From an uncultured Gammaproteobacteria bacterium (GTDB lineage Bacteria > Patescibacteriota > Microgenomatia > UBA10105 > UBA927): DNA of 63,114 bases. Made by a program: the position numbers and the translations under genes. Position 1 is the first letter of the stretch. Each line of letters opens with the position of its first letter. The notes under the pieces are model-generated. The model was not told the DNA's origin. It saw only the letters and a list, made by a program, of their open reading frames with translations, and did no database searches. Below are positions 56,457 to 63,114 of this stretch, in pieces. The DNA is taken from NCBI GenBank assembly GCA_964596355.1, contig CAZQTD010000005.1:1-63114 (forward strand), written 5' to 3'.

Positions 56457-57566
56457 ATGGATGACGAAGGGGCCTACTGGGTGGCGTTTAGCGTATTTCC
56501 GGGCATCGGGCCGGTGCGGTTTCGATTGCTATTAGACTATTTTGGCAGCGCGAAAAAGGCGTGGAACGCTTCGGCGGATGCGTTGCGCGCGATAAAACTT
56601 CCGGAGCGGCTGATCAACGAATTTATTGACTTTCGAAAGACGCATGACCGTGAAGAGTACCTCGCGCGGCTGGAAAAGGAGCGAGTGTCTGTTTTGACGC
56701 TCAACGATTCTAAGTATCCAAAGCTCCTTAAGCAGATTCCCGACGCGCCGTTTCTTTTGTATGTCAAAGGGCGCAACAACAAGACAGCAATCAATCTTGA
56801 ACGTACGATTGCGGTGGTTGGTACGCGTAAAATGACTCTGTATGGTGAACGTGTAACGCACCGTTTGGTTTCCGGCCTGGTTTCGTACGGGTTTACGATC
56901 GTATCCGGTCTTGCCTACGGAGTGGACGCGGCGGCGCACACGGCGGCGATTGAATCCGGAGGCAAAACCATCGCTGTCCTTGGCTGCGGTATAGACATCA
57001 TCGCGCCGCCAAGCAACACCGCGCTGTATCACCAGATAGCGGAAGGGGGGCATGGCGCGATCGTTTCTGAAATGCCGCTTGGGTTGCGCCCCAACAAAGG
57101 CTTGTTTCCCGCAAGAAACCGGATAATAAGCGGGCTTTCGCTGGGAGTCGTCGTGACTGAAGGCGCGGATGACAGCGGCGCGCTTATTACCGCACGCAAT
57201 GCCGCTGAACAGGGCAGGGAGGTATTTGCCGTCCCCGGGCCCATCACGAGTCCTTTGAGCGGCGGGCCAGCGAAACTTCTCAAAAACGGCGCGAAGCTGG
57301 TTGAGTCCGTAGATGATATCATCGAAGAACTTGGCATAACGGCTGATCCTTGCAAGACCCTGTTTCATAAGGGGACGCCGTTGAAAGCTGACACAAAAGA
57401 AGAGCAGGCAATTCTTGACTGTCTGACTCGTGGCTCCATGCACATTGACGAGATTGTTCGCGCTTCAGGCTTGACAATGGCGCAGGCGGCAGCTACCCTA
57501 ACAGTTCTTGAAATGAAAGGATCTATACGAGATTATGGAGAAAAGGAATATGGATTATGCGGCTGA
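56457..57566 (+). CDS. dprA: DNA-protecting protein DprA
   Basis: VVGTRK, IVSGLAYGVDAAAH, FPARNRIISGLS, SGALITA. Confidence 0.95.
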   Translation: MDDEGAYWVAFSVFPGIGPVRFRLLLDYFGSAKKAWNASADALRAIKLPERLINEFIDFRKTHDREEYLARLEKERVSVLTLNDSKYPKLLKQIPDAPFLLYVKGRNNKTAINLERTIAVVGTRKMTLYGERVTHRLVSGLVSYGFTIVSGLAYGVDAAAHTAAIESGGKTIAVLGCGIDIIAPPSNTALYHQIAEGGHGAIVSEMPLGLRPNKGLFPARNRIISGLSLGVVVTEGADDSGALITARNAAEQGREVFAVPGPITSPLSGGPAKLLKNGAKLVESVDDIIEELGITADPCKTLFHKGTPLKADTKEEQAILDCLTRGSMHIDEIVRASGLTMAQAAATLTVLEMKGSIRDYGEKEYGLCG

Positions 57567-59641
57567 TTATCGTTGAATCACCGACCAAGGCCCGAACGCT
57601 TATGCGGTTTCTTAAAGGAAGCTATGCGGTGGAGGCCACTATGGGTCACGTGCGAGATCTTCCAAAGGCAGAACTCGGCGTTGATGTGGAGAAACATTTT
57701 TCTCCCAAATACGTTATTCCGCGCGCAAAAGCTGCGTATGTTAAAAAGCTCAAAGAGAAAGCCGGCAAGGCTGATTCCATTATTCTTGCGACCGATCCGG
57801 ACCGCGAGGGAGAAGCGATTGCCTGGCATGTGGCGGAGATTTTGAGATTAGACGGCAGAAGCGCGACGTTAAATTCAAATCAACGGTCTAACATCAAGCT
57901 TCAGAATCAAACGTCAAACGTCCAAAGCCTACCATCTATGCAACGGATTGTCTTTCACGAAATTACGGAATCTGCGATTAACGATGCCCTTGATCATCCG
58001 CGTCCTATTGACCGCAAGCTTGTCGATGCCCAGCAGGCCAGACGGATCCTTGACCGGCTGGTGGGGTATAATCTTTCGCCGCTTCTTTGGAAAAAGCTTT
58101 CCAAACGGTGGCTTTCTGCCGGACGGGTGCAGTCGGTTGTTGTCCGGCTTATTGTCGAGCGCGAGCGGGAGATTGCGAGCTTTACGAGCGTCCAATACTG
58201 GACCATCAAAGCAACATTTCAAGGAAAATCCGCACAAGGCAAGCATCCGCCTCCTCAAATCAATGCGTCACTTGTCGCCAAAGGCGAAGTGCCGTATGAA
58301 GAAACCTTGTCATTTGATCTCTTCGACGGAACATACACGACTAAAAAAACGTCAATTGATACACCCGAAGTTGCGGCATCCATCATTCATGACCTGAAAG
58401 CGCCGTTTACCGTATCCGCTGTTGAGAAAAAAGAGGTGAAGCGCTATCCTCCCGCTCCATACACAACCAGTACGCTTCAGCAGGATGCTGGCAGACGCTT
58501 ATACTTTTCTGCCAAACGGACGATGCAGATTGCGCAGAAACTCTATGAGGAAGGGCTCATTACGTATCACCGCACGGACAGCGTGAATCTGGCAGAGAAA
58601 TTTGTGAGCGAAGCGCGAAGCTATATCGTGGAACAATTTGGAAAGGACTATGTGCCCGTGAAAGCCCGCAGGTATCAAACGAAATCCAAAGTCGCACAGG
58701 AAGCCCATGAGGCAATCCGGCCTACCGACGTACGCGTGACAAGCGACCGGCTGAATGGATCAGGGGAGCTTAACCGCGACCACCACCGGCTCTATGAGCT
58801 TATCTGGAAGCGCGCGCTTGCGTCTCAAGCGCGCGAAGCGACGTTTGACGCCACCACGGTTGTCATCACAAGCGCCAATGACTATCGCTTTGAGGCGCAG
58901 GGGTCAGTTGTCACGTTTGATGGATTTCTGAACATTATGGGCAAAGACAGTGATGAAGTGGTTATTCCCCATGTCGCAGTGGGTCAGACACTGGAACTTG
59001 TTGATGTCAAATCCGAACAGCACGCTACGAATCCGCCGCCACGGTACACCGAGGCGAGTCTCGTCAAAACACTGGAGGAAAAGGATATCGGTCGTCCAAG
59101 CACCTACGCGCCGATTATTTCTACCATCCAAGAGCGCCAGTACGTTACCAAAGAGGACAAAAAGCTCATTCCCACGGATTTAGGGAACGCCGTTACCGAC
59201 TTTCTGGTCCAGTATTTTCCGGAGATTATGGATTTACCCTTTACTGCCAAGCTTGAGGAAGAACTTGATGAGATAGCAAACGGAGAAAAAGACTGGGTGC
59301 CGGTCATCAACGAATTCTATCAGCCGTTTGCCAACGATGTATCTACTACCTACGAGAATGCAGAAAAAGTAAAATCACCGGTAGAAGAAACAGGGGAGAA
59401 GTGCCCTGACTGCGGCAATTCGCTGGTCATCCGGCTTGGGCGCTACGGCAAGTTTGTCGCGTGCAGTACATTTCCGGTATGCAAATATACGCGTCCGTAT
59501 GCGGAAAAAATAGATATGGCGTGTCCAAAGTGCGGAAGCGATATCGTCATCAAAAAGAGCCGCCGAGGCAAGACATTTTACGGCTGCAGCAATTACCCCA
59601 ACTGCACCTTCGCCGCGTGGAAGAAGGAAGATATCAAATAG
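57557..59641 (+). CDS. topA: DNA topoisomerase I with two C-terminal zinc ribbons
   Basis: IVESPTKA, LATDPDREGE, SAGRVQS, ITYHRTDS, AHEAIRPT, GRPSTY. Confidence 0.97.
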   Translation: MRLIIVESPTKARTLMRFLKGSYAVEATMGHVRDLPKAELGVDVEKHFSPKYVIPRAKAAYVKKLKEKAGKADSIILATDPDREGEAIAWHVAEILRLDGRSATLNSNQRSNIKLQNQTSNVQSLPSMQRIVFHEITESAINDALDHPRPIDRKLVDAQQARRILDRLVGYNLSPLLWKKLSKRWLSAGRVQSVVVRLIVEREREIASFTSVQYWTIKATFQGKSAQGKHPPPQINASLVAKGEVPYEETLSFDLFDGTYTTKKTSIDTPEVAASIIHDLKAPFTVSAVEKKEVKRYPPAPYTTSTLQQDAGRRLYFSAKRTMQIAQKLYEEGLITYHRTDSVNLAEKFVSEARSYIVEQFGKDYVPVKARRYQTKSKVAQEAHEAIRPTDVRVTSDRLNGSGELNRDHHRLYELIWKRALASQAREATFDATTVVITSANDYRFEAQGSVVTFDGFLNIMGKDSDEVVIPHVAVGQTLELVDVKSEQHATNPPPRYTEASLVKTLEEKDIGRPSTYAPIISTIQERQYVTKEDKKLIPTDLGNAVTDFLVQYFPEIMDLPFTAKLEEELDEIANGEKDWVPVINEFYQPFANDVSTTYENAEKVKSPVEETGEKCPDCGNSLVIRLGRYGKFVACSTFPVCKYTRPYAEKIDMACPKCGSDIVIKKSRRGKTFYGCSNYPNCTFAAWKKEDIK

Positions 59642-59730
59642 CAGCACGAATGTTTTTGGTTGCGAAGAACAGTTGTTTTTTCTGCGCACTCGGCCTTGCC
59701 GGTCTTGCTACGTAGCGATATACTTAGAAT

Positions 59731-60054
59731 ATGGATGATCGCAGACGGACCCTTGCCGCCATTACGTTCATCGTCGGTATTATGGTGCTCGTTGCTATCG
59801 TCGTGGGGGTTCTTGTTTCCGGCAAAAAAATTCTTTCTCCCATACCGGAGGACAATGCGATAAAAATTATTTTTATTTCTCCGACTCCTATTCCTGCCAT
59901 TTCCTTGACGCCTGCGCCTTCAGACACAACTGAACCAACCGCAAAACCGACACGCGCATCTTCGCCAACTCCAACAGCCGTTTCCAAAGCGACAGCGACC
60001 CCCACGCCGACACCCGCGGGAACAAGTACGTCCACACCGACAGAAAAGCCGTAA
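59731..60054 (+). CDS. Single-TM protein with Pro/Thr-rich tail
   Basis: TM followed by SPTP repeats. Confidence 0.6.
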   Translation: MDDRRRTLAAITFIVGIMVLVAIVVGVLVSGKKILSPIPEDNAIKIIFISPTPIPAISLTPAPSDTTEPTAKPTRASSPTPTAVSKATATPTPTPAGTSTSTPTEKP

Positions 60055-60057
60055 TCG

Positions 60058-60615
60058 ATGGAAACGCTTTGGTATCTAGATCATCAGGTGTTTTTGTATA
60101 TCAATCATCTGCCGCATTCGGCACTTGCGGACCGCATTGCGCTGTTTCTTTCATTTGTCGGAGGCAACGCACTTATCTGGATTATCCTTATTGCCATTGT
60201 CGTATTTCGCGAGGAACGAAAGGATCATTGGTTTATTCTGCCATGCTTTGTCGCAGGCGGGGCAAGCTGGCTTTTCTCCTCCGTACTTCTTAAGTCATGG
60301 TTTGGGAGAGCTCGGCCGCTGGTGCTTGATGGGACTGTGCTTGTGTGCCCCTCTCCGTCGAGCTACTCATTCCCGTCATCTCACGCGGCGATTGCGTGGG
60401 CGTTCGCCGCGCTCCTCATGCGCGAAGAGCCGCGGTTTCGGTGGTTGTTTGGCGCGCTGGCAACACTGATTTCATTATCCCGCATTTATCTGGGCGTCCA
60501 TTACCCGTCAGACGTGGTTGCGGGCTCTCTTATCGGCCTTGCCGTCGGTTACGCGGCAATGGCGCTTGAGGCTTATGTCGCGCGTCAATGGAAGCACGCT
60601 AGGCGCCATTCTTGA
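60058..60615 (+). CDS. PAP2 family phosphatase
   Basis: K..FGRARP, SFPSSHA, SRIYLGVHYPSDV. Confidence 0.9.
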   Translation: METLWYLDHQVFLYINHLPHSALADRIALFLSFVGGNALIWIILIAIVVFREERKDHWFILPCFVAGGASWLFSSVLLKSWFGRARPLVLDGTVLVCPSPSSYSFPSSHAAIAWAFAALLMREEPRFRWLFGALATLISLSRIYLGVHYPSDVVAGSLIGLAVGYAAMALEAYVARQWKHARRHS

Positions 60616-60627
60616 TATAATGGCTTC

Positions 60628-61164
60628 ATGCTCAAGTTGAACGCGAGGGAGCTTCGTACCACGCCGGTTGATCCGGCGGCGGCCAAAGCCGTCAAAAAAC
60701 ATCCGATTACGATTATCCTTGACAACGTACTTGATACTTATAACGTGGGATCAATTTTTCGCTTGGCAGATGCCGTGGCCGCGGAAAAGGTCATCCTGTG
60801 CGGCGGCACCCTTACGCCCCCCAACAGCAGGATCAAAAAAGCCTCGATTAACACGTGGCAGTGGGTTGATTGGGAATATGCCGCGACAGCAAAAGCCGCG
60901 GTCGAGAAATGCAGAATGTCAAATGATAAGTGCCAAATTGTTGCGGTCGAACAAGATAAAAGAAGCAAGCCCTTTTATGAAGCGCGATACGAGTTTCCCA
61001 TGGCGATCGTCGTGGGTAACGAAACGAACGGCGTTTCAAAAGAAGTGCTTGATATGGCGGATGCCATCGTCGAGCTTCCGATGTGGGGGATCAATAAATC
61101 ATTAAATGTGATGGTGTCCTGCGGGATCATTCTCTATACAATTATGAACAAGTGTTTACGATGA
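60628..61164 (+). CDS. TrmH/SpoU family RNA methyltransferase
   Basis: DTYNVGSIFR, VVGNETNGV, PMWGINKSLNV. Confidence 0.9.
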   Translation: MLKLNARELRTTPVDPAAAKAVKKHPITIILDNVLDTYNVGSIFRLADAVAAEKVILCGGTLTPPNSRIKKASINTWQWVDWEYAATAKAAVEKCRMSNDKCQIVAVEQDKRSKPFYEARYEFPMAIVVGNETNGVSKEVLDMADAIVELPMWGINKSLNVMVSCGIILYTIMNKCLR

Positions 61165-61218
61165 GCCTGCTTGCCCTGAATTTTTCGAATGGGCCGGAGG
61201 GCGGCATTATCTAAAAAG

Positions 61219-61935
61219 ATGAAGCAACGATCCACCCTGGTTATTCTTGCCGCATTGTTTCTTCTTTCTTTTTACGGATTCAGCCGATTCGTCAGAAGCG
61301 GGGCGATGGACGCGGTTGATTTCGCATTTACTGTCAAGCTGCAGGAGCGCATTGACACGTCCCCGCGGCTTCGTACCGCACGGCTCATCGGGGAGATCAT
61401 GGAAGGATCGACGGTGCTGGTAAGTCCGGCGGTTTCCATTTTTGCCGTGCTGTCGCTTGCAGGGGTGTTAGCTATGCAGGGGTTGCTTGCGTCCGGTGCG
61501 TTCAGCGGACGGCTCGCGCCCTTCCAACGACTCCGGTGTTTCGCGCGGCCGATTGCGCTCCTTATTGCGTTTGGACTATTGGCGCTTGGAGAGATCTATG
61601 GCAAAACCGTCGTTGACCAGCCCGCGCCGCCGTTTTTCATGATCAAAAATCCGACAACCGTCTTCCCGAAATATCATGTGGTGGAAACGTTTAGCTACCC
61701 TTCCGGCCACGCCGCGCGGGCAGTGTTTCTTGGTATCGTACTGTTTTTTTTAGCAATGAAACAATGGAGCAATGGAACAATGAGAAAAAGATTGTGGGTA
61801 ATTCTGGGGCTGGGACTCTACGGAGGACTTGTCTCAATCAGTAAGATCTACCTGGGCCACCACTGGCTTTCCGACGTCATCGGCGGGGGACTCCTCGGGG
61901 GCGGCATGGGATTTGTGTCATTAGCATTATTATAG
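61219..61935 (+). CDS. PAP2 family phosphatase
   Basis: SYPSGHAAR, SKIYLGHHWLSDV. Confidence 0.85.
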   Translation: MKQRSTLVILAALFLLSFYGFSRFVRSGAMDAVDFAFTVKLQERIDTSPRLRTARLIGEIMEGSTVLVSPAVSIFAVLSLAGVLAMQGLLASGAFSGRLAPFQRLRCFARPIALLIAFGLLALGEIYGKTVVDQPAPPFFMIKNPTTVFPKYHVVETFSYPSGHAARAVFLGIVLFFLAMKQWSNGTMRKRLWVILGLGLYGGLVSISKIYLGHHWLSDVIGGGLLGGGMGFVSLALL

Positions 61936-62982
61936 TTGCACCACGACTGCGGTTATATCGTCGGGCTTAGAACGCGTCATGCCCAAGGCGCCCGCCACAC
62001 TCTCCTTGTAGGCAGCGTCAATAAGCGCTTGGGCGAGCGATTGAGAAAAGGCCTCTTGTGATATATGAGAAGAAATAATCGCTTGGATTTCCGAGTTGCT
62101 AAGGTTGTCATGCACACCGTCTGTCGTGAGAATAACTGCAACATCGTCTTTCTCGAGCGCATAAAAGATAATCTGTGGATCCTCGTGAATGCCGTATGTT
62201 TCATGGCGACGGCCCCAAAACCACGTAAGCTTTATCTTATCAAATGAGTCAACCCCGCACTCATCGAGCGCGTTTTGGAGGCGTCGAAATTCATCAAGAG
62301 TATCCAAGGGTCCGGTGTCTCCGTTCGGGTCAGGACGCAGCTCCTCGTAGCGTCGTTGGAGTATCGGTGCGATATCTCTGGCATATTCTTCCTGACGCGC
62401 TTCAACATCGTGTCTCCCTTGAGCACTGTCTAGTACGGTATTTATAAACGTCAGCGCTTCCGGTTGCATGCGGAAAAATTGCAAGACGTTATTTTCGTCT
62501 GTCGTAAGCTGTACTATCGCTCCGTCTCTTTTCACCACGTACGCTCGGGAATCACCTGTGTGAACAATAGCTGCGTACCTTACCCCGTTTTCTTCGTAAA
62601 AGAGGACGGCGGTTGCTGTTGTGTCGCCGGTTTGCGCAATTTCCTCAATTGAGCGTTCTGCTACTTGCCACATCCATTGAGCAATATTGGTGATGGTATC
62701 GCGCGTGAGGTTCGGGGCATTACGACAGTGATAACCCATGTCTACTATGTGCTTGGCGGCAATCCACGCAGCCCGTTGGCCCTGCTCCAGCATTCCGTCG
62801 CATACACAGATTATCCCCAAATTTGAGTCAACTTTTGCGACATCCTCAATGTTTTGGGGATTTTCGTTTCGCGAGGAGCGTGTTGCTGTAGCCGCATCCT
62901 TCCAGAAGAGCTGGCCTGATGTATTCTCTCGGTTGCTTTGACCATCTTGAGTTGGTTCCGTATCTTCTGCCAGACAATCCAT
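61930..62982 (-). CDS. PP2C/SpoIIE-like protein phosphatase with large helical insertion
   Basis: NIED, CVCDGM, GDTTAT, HTGDSRAY, LTTD, TTDGVHD, DDITAVV; start uncertain. Confidence 0.85.
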   Translation of the reverse strand: MDCLAEDTEPTQDGQSNRENTSGQLFWKDAATATRSSRNENPQNIEDVAKVDSNLGIICVCDGMLEQGQRAAWIAAKHIVDMGYHCRNAPNLTRDTITNIAQWMWQVAERSIEEIAQTGDTTATAVLFYEENGVRYAAIVHTGDSRAYVVKRDGAIVQLTTDENNVLQFFRMQPEALTFINTVLDSAQGRHDVEARQEEYARDIAPILQRRYEELRPDPNGDTGPLDTLDEFRRLQNALDECGVDSFDKIKLTWFWGRRHETYGIHEDPQIIFYALEKDDVAVILTTDGVHDNLSNSEIQAIISSHISQEAFSQSLAQALIDAAYKESVAGALGMTRSKPDDITAVVVQL

Positions 62983-63114
62983 TATGAAAAAATTGATGAC
63001 AAAAGGCAAATGGTTGTTGACTGCTACAGACTACTGACGGCGAGTTGTTGACAATCACTTCTTAAAGTATCAGCAATTTAGTTTACATAACCGGTATCGC
63101 ACAAAGAAGCGACC

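Noticed and set aside
54519-57443. Long antisense ORFs (54519-55490, 56532-57443) and the many 60-200 aa overlapping ORFs throughout
   Set aside because: They are shadows of well-supported genes on the other strand or frame and carry no recognisable motifs.

Overview
Chromosomal segment that reads as a Patescibacteria/CPR genome, most like Microgenomates. This is an inference from gene content and style, not a database result. It uses genetic code 11. Contents in order: two GT-C/TMTC-like glycosyltransferases; a surface Ig/FN3 protein; a signalling locus (Cache sensor, CHASE4-HAMP-PAS sensor, membrane protein, histidine kinase, receiver protein); two LytR_C proteins; a non-oxidative pentose-phosphate operon (rpiB-rpe-tkt-[four-helix bundle]-tal); a second histidine kinase; an archaeal-type CoaD/DUF359 fusion; galT; a minimal group-3b-like NiFe hydrogenase module; the tRNA-Thr/Tyr/Thr-rpmG-tRNA-Trp-secE-nusG-rplK-rplA-rplJ-rplL backbone with genes inserted at most junctions; def-fmt; mreB/PBP2; dprA-topA; and several PAP2 proteins. 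Most notable observations: (1) a PaaX/Cas2-like gene bracketed by a perfect 31-bp inverted repeat, sitting between rplA and rplJ; (2) four sensor/kinase genes, each broken by a single lesion (one TGA, two TAG, one frameshift), while the housekeeping genes look intact; (3) a pervasive family of 7/8/9-mer repeats arranged as inverted blocks, found around four-helix-bundle genes, as gene-less footprints, and in-frame inside housekeeping proteins; (4) a structured RNA candidate and a perfect 46-bp palindrome upstream of rpiB; (5) a 1092-aa secreted GH-A plus lysozyme-like protein; (6) widespread leaderless-type promoter architecture. All family calls come from motif recognition by eye; no searches or folding programs were run.
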